From Candidatus Hydrogenedentota bacterium (GTDB lineage: Bacteria; Hydrogenedentota; Hydrogenedentia; Hydrogenedentales; SLHB01), in the NCBI GenBank assembly GCA_045863335.1, contig BTVY01000002.1, positions 3,873 to 67,872 of the forward strand: 64,000 bases of DNA. Direction: 5' to 3'. The position numbers and the translations under genes were made by a program. The notes beneath the pieces were generated by a model. It had not been told where the DNA came from and did not search any database. It saw nothing but the letters and a program-made list of their open reading frames with translations. Shown here piece by piece: positions 40,571-50,205 of the stretch (within the stretch, counting starts at the first letter, position 1; each line of letters begins with the position of its first letter).

Positions 40571-42622
40571 ATGATTGCACGTATTTTGTTTTCTCTTGGG
40601 CTGGCACTGTGTGGTTCTTCCATGGCATTTGCGCAGGCGGATTCTGGCGCGGCGCACGCCAACGACCTCCCTACCATCGCCCGGAACTTCCGGTTGAATG
40701 ACCATCTCGATGGATCCCACGAGTTGTACCGGTATCGGGACTCGAAGGCCATCGTGTTGTTTTTCGCGGGGAACGGATGCCCCATCGTTCGGAAGAGTGT
40801 GGCGACGTTGAAGGAAATCCGTGATGCCTATGCCGAGAAGGGCGTCGCGTTCCTGATGGTTGACGGGAATCCTGGCAACGACAAGGACAGCGTTGTCGAG
40901 GAGGCCAACGAATTCAGCATCGATTTCCCGGTTCTTCTGGACGAAGCACAGACCGTAACAGAAGCGCTCCAGGTCGACCGGACGGCTACGACCTTCGTCA
41001 TCACACCGGGCAACTGGAAGATCGTGTACCGGGGCGCCATCGACGATCGGCTCGGCTACGGAGCGGAAAAGCCGGAACCCACGCACCGCTGGCTAACGGA
41101 TGCGCTGGACGCGGTTCTCGCGGAACAGCCAGTGGAGACGCCGTTCACCGAGGCCAAGGGGTGTCTCATCGATCGGCTTCCCGAGCCGAAGAAGATATCG
41201 TACTCACGGCATATCGCGCCTGTCCTGCGGGAGAAATGCGCGACCTGTCATCGAGAAGGCGACATCGCGCCCTTCCCCATGGACAGCTACGAGGAAGTCG
41301 TCGATCACAAGCGCATGATCCGGGAAGTGGTCATGACGAAACGCATGCCGCCCTGGCATGCGGACCCCCACTACGGACAATACGAAAACGACAATGGACT
41401 GACGGTGGAGGAAACGCGGCGCTTGCTGGCGTGGCTCGACAACGATGCGCCGCGAGGCCGGGGCCGCGACCCTCTGGCCAAGGTGAAGCCCATGGAATCG
41501 TCCTGGCCGCTGGGCGAACCAGACATCGTCGTGTCCATGCCGAGGTCCATCGCCGTGCCCGCGACGGGGGTGCTGGACTACGAGTACGTTCGAGTTCCCT
41601 ACACCGGGACGGAGGACGTGTGGGTGAAGGCGGCGGACGTGTTGCCGGGCGCGCGGAGCGTCGTGCATCACGTGCTCGTGTTCATCCGGTATCCGGAGCA
41701 CCTTCGCCATCTGCAACCGGAGTACGAAGGCGGATTGGACGGCTTCTTCGCGGGGTATGTCCCCGGCATGCAGCCCTCGTTCTTCCCGGAGGGAACGGCC
41801 AAGTTTGTGCCTGCAGGGTCCGAGTTCGTCTTTCAACTGCACTACAGCACAACCGGGAAGGCCGAGGAAGACCTCAGCAAGCTCGGGTTGTACTTGAACA
41901 AGGGCGAGCCGAAACGGGAACTGTTCACCCGGGCGGCGAGCAACACGGAAATCGCCATCCCGCCCGGCGATCCGGCGTTCCCTGCGAAAGCGGCGTATCG
42001 TCTCGGCCAGGATGCAATTCTGTACTCCATGTCCCCACACATGCACTTCCGCGGGAAGAGCTTTCGGTACGTGGCCGATTTCCCGGACGGGTCGTCGGAG
42101 GTTTTGCTGAACGTCCCCAACTATGATTTCAATTGGCAGACCATGTACCGCTTCGAGGAGCCGAAGGTGTTGCCCGCAGGCACGGTGATCCGGTGCGAAG
42201 GCGCCTTTGACAACTCGTTAGGCAATCCCATGAACCCCGACCCCGAAAGCTGGGTCTATTTTGGCGAGCAGACCTTTGAGGAAATGTTCATCGGCTATCT
42301 TCGCTACGCGTATGTGGACACCGACAGCAGCGCCCGCACGCAGGATGGCATGTTCGCCGAAGGAGAACGGCCGGGACTGGGTATACCGGTAACGGCCGAA
42401 AGTTTGATCGGCACCATGTGGAGGAGCGGCCGGTTCCGGATCCGCTTCCTCGCGGACGGTGAAGTCCGAGTCGGGCGCGGCATGAAGGGATCGTGGCGCA
42501 TCGAGGACGACCGCGTCATCATTCACATTGCGAACGATGACCACATCCTTCGAATCGACGGCGATAAGCTCGTCGGCGACGATGGTCCATTGCCCAACAT
42601 CCAACGCGCGGACGCAACTTAG
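40571..42622 (+). CDS. secreted multidomain redox protein: thioredoxin-fold (AhpC/TSA-like, single Cys) + PSCyt-like c-type cytochrome (CATCH) + PHM/DBH-like copper monooxygenase-like domain
   Basis: Signal peptide MIARILFSLGLALCGSSMAFAQA. CxxCH at CATCHREGDIAPFP...KRMPP is the PSCyt1 pattern. His/Met pattern VVHHV ... QLHYS ... SPHMHFRG ... EEMFIGY has CuH/CuM-like spacing (about 59, 68 and 80 aa). Confidence 0.6.
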   Translation: MIARILFSLGLALCGSSMAFAQADSGAAHANDLPTIARNFRLNDHLDGSHELYRYRDSKAIVLFFAGNGCPIVRKSVATLKEIRDAYAEKGVAFLMVDGNPGNDKDSVVEEANEFSIDFPVLLDEAQTVTEALQVDRTATTFVITPGNWKIVYRGAIDDRLGYGAEKPEPTHRWLTDALDAVLAEQPVETPFTEAKGCLIDRLPEPKKISYSRHIAPVLREKCATCHREGDIAPFPMDSYEEVVDHKRMIREVVMTKRMPPWHADPHYGQYENDNGLTVEETRRLLAWLDNDAPRGRGRDPLAKVKPMESSWPLGEPDIVVSMPRSIAVPATGVLDYEYVRVPYTGTEDVWVKAADVLPGARSVVHHVLVFIRYPEHLRHLQPEYEGGLDGFFAGYVPGMQPSFFPEGTAKFVPAGSEFVFQLHYSTTGKAEEDLSKLGLYLNKGEPKRELFTRAASNTEIAIPPGDPAFPAKAAYRLGQDAILYSMSPHMHFRGKSFRYVADFPDGSSEVLLNVPNYDFNWQTMYRFEEPKVLPAGTVIRCEGAFDNSLGNPMNPDPESWVYFGEQTFEEMFIGYLRYAYVDTDSSARTQDGMFAEGERPGLGIPVTAESLIGTMWRSGRFRIRFLADGEVRVGRGMKGSWRIEDDRVIIHIANDDHILRIDGDKLVGDDGPLPNIQRADAT

Positions 42623-42625
42623 CGC

Positions 42626-45196
42626 CTAGAATACCTTGGAAGGATTGACGGGCAGTCGTTCCACCCGATGTCTGATGGCGTCGACCCGCCACAGCGAATA
42701 GGTAGCGTGCGCATGCGCGGGAATCGCGCTCAGCGGTTCCGCGGTAAGCACGAGCAAGGTTTCGTCATTCATCCAGGATAGCGAGACCGGTTCCCCCTCG
42801 ATCGCTGCGACTTTGGGTTGGGTTCTCGCGGTATTGCAGTACCAGAGTTGGTTTCGCAGGTCGAGCCACGCCACGTATGCGCCCTCGGGGGAGACTTTGG
42901 CCAAAAGGGGCGCGTATTCCAGTTGAAGAATCGTCTCGTAGGTTTCGGAAACAGGGTCGAGTTTGATGATTGCCCCAACGATGCTGATATAGACGACAAA
43001 GCCGCCAGCCGCGTTCCAGGCGAGGTTGCTTGCCGCCGCGGGACATTCGAGAGGTTCATCTCTGAACTCCTCCCAGCTAACGCGTCGGATCTGGGATGAT
43101 TGTGCCGAGACGTATACGGACTGGTTACCAGCCCTAATCGGGACGAGGCTTCCCGGGCGGGCCTCTGAGTTGTTTGATGCAATGGATACCGGAGCACTTC
43201 CGGGCGCCCATCGATACCACTTCGCGGGCCCTGGATTTTGCAGAAACGCGATGTCCCCTACCCAACCCAACGGACCGAAACCCTCGCGTGCAATCTCATC
43301 CACGGCTCCATCACTGGGGTTCCACGCATAGAGGGGGTCGGCATCGAGCAGGAACATGGTGGCGTCGCTTCTGCCGACGGGATCTGAGGTCAACACGGAA
43401 GGCAAGTTGACCCGGTCAGAATGCTCTAGATCAGGTTTCAGCATTGCGAGACGATCCGCGCCGCGCCCCATGGGGTTTGGATTTGCGGTTACAAGAATCT
43501 CCCCGTTCGCGAATCCCTGAACGGCGCGTGGCAGAACGCGACGCGGCCACACGTTGTTTTCGCGAAGCATGTCGGGATACGTGAATGCGGGATCGAGGAT
43601 GATCGTATCCACCGGCGCATCAACCGGCAATAGAAACGAGCCGCCGTTCGCGCCCGGTTCGATAGCGGTTTGCGTGACGCGACTGCCGGACACAAGGGCG
43701 ACCTTAAGTTCGCCGAACATCGGGATATCCCCCGGATTGGAAACCAGAATGCGAACGCCCCCGTCGCTCGCAACCACGTCGTCGATGGCGTAATCGAAGG
43801 TGCCCCCGCGCTCGAACCAGACGCGAAAGGTCTCGCGCAGGTCGGATTCGGAAGCGAGTTCCAGCTCCTGCAAGACTGCCGTATACGAGACAGGGCGATA
43901 CCGATGAATCCGCAGCAGATTTCGACAGCCGGAGATTAACTTATCTTGTCCTGTTTGCGCGGCTATGGCCGAAAGCGTATAGGCCTGGCGGACCTGAATA
44001 ATGGATGGATCGGATTTCGTTCCATCCGACGACGGCCTCAAGGCATCCTGCAAGTCAATCAACTTCATTGGGAAATCGACGGTTGGAGGGCAACGAAGCG
44101 TCTCTACATATTGGAGGAACTCCCGGTTCCCCCTAGCGCCTTGGAGTGCCAACCACGCGCTGTACTCGGCAAACCCGTGGACAATCCAGGCAGCGGCCTC
44201 GGGTTGTTGGGTGAACCAGCGTCCCGTAATCGTACTGCCCCACCAGTTGTGTGCCGTTTGGCGAGCCACGGTTGCGAATCGTTCCGGAGCGGGCTTGAGC
44301 GGCATCGGGGGCAGACCTAGTACCGAATTGCCGCCGTTGAACGGCTCGTCGATATGCGAGTCAACCACAACCACCACATGGTCAAACCCATCGCTTTCGA
44401 ATAACACGCGCAGGTAGCTGTAAGCCTCCCCCACGGTATTGAGCAGCGCTTGCGGGTCGGGAATCGGCGCATCCTGATCCCAGAGCAAACCGCATTGAAC
44501 GGCTCCGTGAACGCGGTTAAGACTCTGGTATGGACCAGCGATGAACGTGGCCCCGAGGACCGGCCGCTTTTCCTCCCAGGCAACCCGCTTCCGCTTCCGC
44601 GTTTCGTTCGGGTTGATCGTTGGATTCGCAATGGCCGCCGTCCAGTCTTCGGGAATCTCGACGTAGCCCTGCATCAAGAAGAAACTGGTGAGGTCAGTAG
44701 GATGCCAAAGGGATAAGTGAGGAAGGATGACGCGATCGGATCCGATTAGCGCCGGCTGCAGTGTATCGCCACTAGGCGACCCCGAATACGTCAATTGAAC
44801 GGATACCGTCTCGCCTTCCCGCAATGCTTCGGGACACCTGATCTGAAGCGCCTCGCCATTGCGCCTGCATCGGACGGATTTGCCGTTCACCGTCGCTTTC
44901 TCGATGGTATATCCGGGATCAAGCAGAACGAGGAGTTCCCGCCGATCGGCTTCGAGAATCGTGATGGTCAGGTCCGCCGTCGCGGAGAGTGACCCCGGAC
45001 TATCAGCGTTCGAGGGCATGATCGACGCAAGCACCTCGAGTTCGGTAATGCGTTGACCCGCGATGGCTTCGTGGAGATGCGATTCGTTTGTATCTGGCAG
45101 GAGGGGTCCCAGGTACACAAAAGCGACGTACGCGATTATGACGACGCCTGCGAGCAGAGCCAGTCCAGAGAAGGGTCTGCCCGAGCGGCGCTTCAT
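42626..45196 (-). CDS. membrane-anchored M1 aminopeptidase-like protein with degenerate zinc motif (pseudo-peptidase?) plus C-terminal beta-propeller-like region
   Basis: N-terminal TM anchor. RQTAHNWWG aligns to M1 HELAHQWFG with H->Q and E->T. Downstream HGFAEYSAW resembles NEGFA. Confidence 0.5.
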   Translation of the reverse strand: MKRRSGRPFSGLALLAGVVIIAYVAFVYLGPLLPDTNESHLHEAIAGQRITELEVLASIMPSNADSPGSLSATADLTITILEADRRELLVLLDPGYTIEKATVNGKSVRCRRNGEALQIRCPEALREGETVSVQLTYSGSPSGDTLQPALIGSDRVILPHLSLWHPTDLTSFFLMQGYVEIPEDWTAAIANPTINPNETRKRKRVAWEEKRPVLGATFIAGPYQSLNRVHGAVQCGLLWDQDAPIPDPQALLNTVGEAYSYLRVLFESDGFDHVVVVVDSHIDEPFNGGNSVLGLPPMPLKPAPERFATVARQTAHNWWGSTITGRWFTQQPEAAAWIVHGFAEYSAWLALQGARGNREFLQYVETLRCPPTVDFPMKLIDLQDALRPSSDGTKSDPSIIQVRQAYTLSAIAAQTGQDKLISGCRNLLRIHRYRPVSYTAVLQELELASESDLRETFRVWFERGGTFDYAIDDVVASDGGVRILVSNPGDIPMFGELKVALVSGSRVTQTAIEPGANGGSFLLPVDAPVDTIILDPAFTYPDMLRENNVWPRRVLPRAVQGFANGEILVTANPNPMGRGADRLAMLKPDLEHSDRVNLPSVLTSDPVGRSDATMFLLDADPLYAWNPSDGAVDEIAREGFGPLGWVGDIAFLQNPGPAKWYRWAPGSAPVSIASNNSEARPGSLVPIRAGNQSVYVSAQSSQIRRVSWEEFRDEPLECPAAASNLAWNAAGGFVVYISIVGAIIKLDPVSETYETILQLEYAPLLAKVSPEGAYVAWLDLRNQLWYCNTARTQPKVAAIEGEPVSLSWMNDETLLVLTAEPLSAIPAHAHATYSLWRVDAIRHRVERLPVNPSKVF

Positions 45197-45199
45197 GGT

Positions 45200-46465
45200 C
45201 TAGACCGGCCTGTCGTAAATCACCTGGGGTCCGGCGTAGGGATCGAACACGGTGATTCCCTCGTTGCCGAAGCAGGCGGTAACGGGCGCGCCTTTCCCCG
45301 CGGCGGTGTACTCGAAGTTGCGGCGGCAGACTTCGCGGGCGGCGTGCACGATCAGGACAGAGAGGCGCGACTCTTCCGCGTCGGGGTAGGTGCCTTTGAT
45401 GTCGTCCAAGGACTTGCCCAGGAACTTCATCTCCGCCACCTTCTCGACGCAAACGACGAGGCTGTCTACACCGTAGCCGCAGTAGGCGTAGGTGCCGTCC
45501 TCGCGTTTGACGTCGCGGGTGAAATGGGCGTTGCGGGTCTGGGTACCGACGCCGCCCTCCGTATAGCGCAGCCCGCGGAACTGGGAATCGCACTCGACGA
45601 ATCCGTTGATGCCGAAGATCTGGCTTTCCTGGTTGACGGGCCCTTCGAATTCGTCGGGCATGATCCAGCTATTGATGAAATCGATGCTCATGCCGTTGTC
45701 GAAGGTGACCTTGACCTGGACCGCGTCGTAGGCGTCCATATTGTATTCGTTGCGAAGTTTGACCTTCTGGCCAACGGCGTACAGGCTGACGGGCTTCACG
45801 CCGAAGTACGCGACGAAGAGATCGGTCCAGTGGCAACCCACGTAGCTGAAGGGGTCGCTGCGTTCCGCCCACTTGCGAAAGACCTTCGTGGAGATCTCCA
45901 ACGGCTCCTCCAGGATCGCGCGGCCGTAGATGGGCGTGCCGATACGCTTCGAGATGTCGTCGCGGATGCGCAGATGATCCGGGTCGTAGCGCTTGTGCAT
46001 GTCGACGCCGACAAGCCGGTTCGCCTTTCTGGATGCCGCGATAATGTCGTCGGTCTCGCCCGTGTCGAGCGTGAGCGGTTTTTCGCTGATGGCGTGGGCG
46101 CCGCGTTCGAGCGCGGCAAGGATGGGGGCGGCGTGCAGATCGTCGGGCGTTGCAACCGCGAGGATATCGAGGTCGGGATTCGCATCGAGGAGATCCAGCC
46201 AGGGCGTCTCGCCGTGGTAGATTTGGAAATCCATACCGAGCTTGCCGTACTCGTCGCGTTTGGACTGCCCCGTCTTTTCGGTCCGCGTCGCGAGACCAAC
46301 GAATTGGATGTCGATGTCCCCGAGCTTGCGAGCCATGTTGTCGAGACCGAGACGGCCGAGCCAGGGGGCAAGTCCAAACTTCTCCAACTGGCAATAGGTG
46401 CGAAGATGAACGTCTCCGCCGAACATTCCCGCACCAACCAAACCGATCTTAATCTGTCTCTGCAC
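45200..46465 (-). CDS. Gfo/Idh/MocA family oxidoreductase
   Basis: N-terminal IKIGLVGAGMFGG Rossmann motif. GTG start after AGGAGGGG. Confidence 0.8.
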   Translation of the reverse strand: MQRQIKIGLVGAGMFGGDVHLRTYCQLEKFGLAPWLGRLGLDNMARKLGDIDIQFVGLATRTEKTGQSKRDEYGKLGMDFQIYHGETPWLDLLDANPDLDILAVATPDDLHAAPILAALERGAHAISEKPLTLDTGETDDIIAASRKANRLVGVDMHKRYDPDHLRIRDDISKRIGTPIYGRAILEEPLEISTKVFRKWAERSDPFSYVGCHWTDLFVAYFGVKPVSLYAVGQKVKLRNEYNMDAYDAVQVKVTFDNGMSIDFINSWIMPDEFEGPVNQESQIFGINGFVECDSQFRGLRYTEGGVGTQTRNAHFTRDVKREDGTYAYCGYGVDSLVVCVEKVAEMKFLGKSLDDIKGTYPDAEESRLSVLIVHAAREVCRRNFEYTAAGKGAPVTACFGNEGITVFDPYAGPQVIYDRPV

Positions 46466-46519
46466 AAACCCCTCCTAAGTGTGCTGTCAATCCATCGTTC
46501 GCGGAACCGTTTCGTTTGG

Positions 46520-47578
46520 TCAGGTAGCACCTTCCAAAAGCGACGGCGACTGCACGGGTGCGTTTTCTCCCCCTGCGGGAGCGTCGGGCGGCAATGAAAT
46601 CTGGATGCTCATGGTCGAGCGCGCCTCGTTCACGAGGTCTTCAATTATCTGTTGTTTCTTGCGTTGCACCATGGCGTTGGAGAGCCGTTCCTTCAGCTCT
46701 CCTTCCAGAGGAGCCGTCTTGCGGTCGGTGACCTTCATGATGTGCCAGCCTACGCGGGTCTTGAACGGCTGGGAGACTTCGTTCAAGGGCGCGTCGAACA
46801 TGCGCTGATCGAACTCCGGTCCGAGGATTCCCCGGGTCGCACCCTGGATCACTCCGCCGGTCTCCCGGGTCCGGTCATCGTCGGTGACTTCCTTCGCGAC
46901 CGACGCGAAGTCTTCGCCATCCTGAATGCGCTTATAGGCTGCGTCGATCTTCCCGCGCGCCTGCTCCCCAGCGGCGGGATCGTCGCCCTGCACGCGGACC
47001 AGGATGTGGGCGATATCCGCGACGTCGAACATGTTCTTCGCTTTCAGATTGTCGTACTCCGCCTGGATCTCCTCGTCCGATACGGTTACGTCCGCAGCTT
47101 TCATCTGGCTGAATTTGCGAGAGACGAGGCGCATGCGGGTCAGGTTCTCGACCTCTTCCATCGAGATTCCCTGCTTTGCGATGAACTCTTCCATGGTGGC
47201 GCCGTCCGGCAGTGCGGCCGCGTTGCGTTCGATCTCCGCCTTGACTTCCTCGTCGGTTACTTCCACACCGGCCTCTTTCGCGAGCACGTACAGAACTTTT
47301 CCATCGACCATCGTGTCGATGATCTTCAGCTTCTCATCCTGACTGATAGGCTGTTGAGCAAGGCGCTCCGGATCCTTGATGCCCATGTTCTGCGCCTGGG
47401 CAATACGGGCCTGAAGGATTGCGGTGAGGGCGCGCTCCAATTCCGTGCGGGTGATGGTCTCGCTGTCGCCGATTTGCACGACGATTTCGGGATCGTTCGT
47501 GGCTTGGGCGAATGCAACCGAGGCGGACAGCAGCGACGCCAGAAGGACACAAATAGAAGCGACTGAAAACCTGTACAT
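46520..47578 (-). CDS. SurA/PrsA-like peptidyl-prolyl cis-trans isomerase (parvulin domain), secreted
   Basis: Signal peptide MYRFSVASICVLLASLLSASVAFAQA. Parvulin motif GGVIQGATRGILGPEFDQRMF...GWHIMKV. GGAGA RBS. Confidence 0.75.
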   Translation of the reverse strand: MYRFSVASICVLLASLLSASVAFAQATNDPEIVVQIGDSETITRTELERALTAILQARIAQAQNMGIKDPERLAQQPISQDEKLKIIDTMVDGKVLYVLAKEAGVEVTDEEVKAEIERNAAALPDGATMEEFIAKQGISMEEVENLTRMRLVSRKFSQMKAADVTVSDEEIQAEYDNLKAKNMFDVADIAHILVRVQGDDPAAGEQARGKIDAAYKRIQDGEDFASVAKEVTDDDRTRETGGVIQGATRGILGPEFDQRMFDAPLNEVSQPFKTRVGWHIMKVTDRKTAPLEGELKERLSNAMVQRKKQQIIEDLVNEARSTMSIQISLPPDAPAGGENAPVQSPSLLEGAT

Positions 47579-47698
47579 GAGTGGGTTCTCCAAAGAATAG
47601 TATCCGCCCCGTCGCAGTTGAACGCTTCCGGTGACGAGACTTCCCTGAATCGTAGCAGACCTGAATGATGGCGGCAACGTGGCCCGAGCGGCGCAAGT

Positions 47699-48742
47699 TT
47701 AGAGCGTGACGGTCTTGCCTGTCTCAGCAGACCGATACACGGCCTCGATGATTTCGACCGATCGCCTGCCTTCGCGGCCGTCGATGGTTGGATTGCGGCC
47801 TTCCCGAATGGCGTTGACGAAGTCTTCGATCTGGCGGCGATGCCCCTCGTGTTTGAGACTGGCGATGGGGTCGCTGGCGCCCGATCCGAGGGTGTCCCCT
47901 TTGATCCCCGACAATACATCGGCGTCTTCCGGCGCCTCTGTGGCAAATTGCCACGACTTTAGTTCGCCGTCTTCGAGTACCGCGCTACCTTGGGTGCCAT
48001 GGACTTCGACGCGGGCGGGATGACCGGGCCAGATAGCGGTGCTGCCTTCGATGACGCCCATGGCGCCGTTTTCGAAGGTGAGCATGGCGCAGGCGAGATC
48101 CTCGACTTCGATGCCCGTGTGGCCGACGAGGGCGGTCTGGGCGGTCACGGTCTTGACGGGGCCGAAGAACCAGAGCAGCAAGTCAATCTGATGAATGCCC
48201 TGATTCATGAGACAACCGCCGCCGTCGAGCTTGCGCGTGCCGCGCCAGGCGCCGCTGTCGTAATACTCCTGAGAGCGGTACCATTTGATGTAGGCATCGC
48301 CCAGGACCAACTTGCCGAAGCGACCCGCATCGAGGGCCTTCCGGATATTCGTGGGACCGTCGGCATAGCGATATTGAAAGATGCAGCCGAGCTTCACGCC
48401 GGCATCGTCAACCGCTTTGATCACGCGATCGATGCGTTCCGTGGTGACTTCCAGGGGCTTTTCGGCAAGGATGTGTTTTCCGGCCTTCGCACAGGCTTCG
48501 GCGATGTCCGCGCGTAGACCGCTGGGGACGCAAAGGCTGACCGCCTGGATATCGTCGCGCTTCAGCAGTTCGAGATAGTCGGCATAGGTTTCTGCGGGGT
48601 ACTTCTCCGTTAACTTCTTGGCGTTTGCTTCCACGACATCGGACACGGCGACGAGTTTCGCTCCTGGAATGTCCGTGATGCTTTGCGCGTGGATCGGCGC
48701 AATCACGCCGCAACCGATGATACCCATGCCGACTTCAGTCAT
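47699..48742 (-). CDS. Gfo/Idh/MocA family oxidoreductase
   Basis: MGIIGCGVIAPIHAQS Rossmann N-terminus. C-terminal GFO_IDH_MocA_C-like region. Confidence 0.8.
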   Translation of the reverse strand: MTEVGMGIIGCGVIAPIHAQSITDIPGAKLVAVSDVVEANAKKLTEKYPAETYADYLELLKRDDIQAVSLCVPSGLRADIAEACAKAGKHILAEKPLEVTTERIDRVIKAVDDAGVKLGCIFQYRYADGPTNIRKALDAGRFGKLVLGDAYIKWYRSQEYYDSGAWRGTRKLDGGGCLMNQGIHQIDLLLWFFGPVKTVTAQTALVGHTGIEVEDLACAMLTFENGAMGVIEGSTAIWPGHPARVEVHGTQGSAVLEDGELKSWQFATEAPEDADVLSGIKGDTLGSGASDPIASLKHEGHRRQIEDFVNAIREGRNPTIDGREGRRSVEIIEAVYRSAETGKTVTL

Positions 48743-48841
48743 GTGGACTTCTCCAATTCGTTTTCACTCGTGGAACGGAGCGAGTTACCCCGCATAGAAT
48801 TGCGCAGAATCGTCGCGCAGGATGAGCCTTTTATGATGCAG

Positions 48842-48883
48842 GCCCCGCCCGCGAATTTCAAGTCTCGAGTCCGCGGGCGGGGC
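48842..48883 (-). terminator. 12-bp perfect GC stem hairpin (GCCCCGCCCGCG...CGCGGGCGGGGC), 50 nt downstream of the entericidin gene
   Basis: Read directly from the sequence. No strong U-tract, so intrinsic-terminator status is uncertain. Confidence 0.35.
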
Positions 48884-48932
48884 AAGAATGCTGCAAGAGA
48901 TGCTTGGTAAACGGGCGTGAACGGCAAGTGTT

Positions 48933-49079
48933 TCAGTTTTGAGCGGCGCGCTCGATGGCGCGGCCGCCGGCTTGAATATCCCTGCCGACACCACGGATCG
49001 TGTTGCAACCGGCAACATGAACTGCAATGATCACGGCCAGTGTCATCCACCCTGCGAAATACGCGAAACGCTGAATCAT
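48933..49079 (-). CDS. entericidin EcnA/B family small lipoprotein (48 aa)
   Basis: GGAGG RBS. MIQRFAYFAGWMTLAVIIAVHVAGCNTIRGVGRDIQAGGRAIERAA matches the entericidin pattern (lipobox AGC, then NTxxGxGxDI...AA). Confidence 0.55.
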   Translation of the reverse strand: MIQRFAYFAGWMTLAVIIAVHVAGCNTIRGVGRDIQAGGRAIERAAQN

Positions 49080-49320
49080 GATTCGAGCCTCCAGACTGCC
49101 TCCGACTCCGTCCATCACGGCAACTGCAACAACGGTCTCGATACGCGCAATACCGGTCACCAGTAGATGAATTGTACCATCTTGCGGGAGGATTTGTCGC
49201 GCTGTGGCGATACTCTTGTGCTGGTTTTGACATCAAGAGGTTTCGGGGCGGAATACAGTTTGGTCCAGCGGGAGGAACCGCCGGAGCGCAGGACCGGATT
49301 CAACTGCCGGGAGTTTCGAT

Positions 49321-50205
49321 GTGACTCGAATCGGACGTACGGCAACAAGCTTCACGATTATGTTGACGTTGGCGGCGTGCAGTGGGCAAGGCAGCCGGAG
49401 TAGCGGATCATCTGGCGTAACGCACGAACCGTCGAGTGACTCGGTCTCGTATGCCTACTTTGCCGAAGTGCTTGCACGCTACGTCGACGACCGAGGGTTG
49501 GTCGACTATGCGGGCCTGCGAGCGAACCGTTCAAGCCTCGACGCGTTCATTGCGGATCTAGCGGAACTCAAGCCCGATGTCTGCGCCGCGTGGAGTGAGC
49601 CGGATAAGATCGCCTTCTGGCTCAACGCATACAACGCGATAACGCTGGCCTCGGTCGTCGACAACTATCCAATTGAGCCGAGCCTTCTGCGGAGGTTCTT
49701 CTATCCCGAGAACAGTATACGTCAGATTCCCGGCGTTTGGACGGAACGAGAGTGGATCATCATGGGATCCCGGTATACGCTAGACGCTATCGAGCATGAA
49801 GTGCTCCGGGCGGAGTTCGAGGAGCCGCGAATCCACGCTGCGCTGGTGTGCGCGGCAATGGGGTGCCCCCCATTGCGAAATGAGCCGTATACGGGCGGTT
49901 TGTTGATTGCCCAGCTAGATGATCAGATGAGGCGCTTTCTGGCGCACGACAATAAATTCCGCATCAGTCGCGATACGGGTACAGTTTATCTCTCGCTCAT
50001 CTTCCGTTGGTTTGGATCGGATTTTGTCGCCCCCGCCAAGAGCGGGGTTATCGAGGGACACGGTGCGGTCGAGGCTGCGGTCCTCTTCACGATCGCGGAT
50101 TACCTCTCGCCAGAAGACAGCGCGTATTTGCGGAGCGGCGATTACACGGTGGAATACCTCGAATACGATTGGTCGCTGAACGATCAGCGGAAGGATATCC
50201 CGTGA
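49321..50205 (+). CDS. DUF547 domain lipoprotein
   Basis: GTG start. Lipoprotein signal TATSFTIMLTLAAC. KIAFWLNAYNAITL is the DUF547 signature. Confidence 0.7.
   Translation: MTRIGRTATSFTIMLTLAACSGQGSRSSGSSGVTHEPSSDSVSYAYFAEVLARYVDDRGLVDYAGLRANRSSLDAFIADLAELKPDVCAAWSEPDKIAFWLNAYNAITLASVVDNYPIEPSLLRRFFYPENSIRQIPGVWTEREWIIMGSRYTLDAIEHEVLRAEFEEPRIHAALVCAAMGCPPLRNEPYTGGLLIAQLDDQMRRFLAHDNKFRISRDTGTVYLSLIFRWFGSDFVAPAKSGVIEGHGAVEAAVLFTIADYLSPEDSAYLRSGDYTVEYLEYDWSLNDQRKDIP

Noticed and set aside
45053-46597. 514-aa plus-strand ORF antisense to the Gfo/Idh/MocA gene (and 45669-46530 alternative frames)
   Set aside because: The Gfo/Idh/MocA frame has the Rossmann motif and an RBS. The others are low-complexity.
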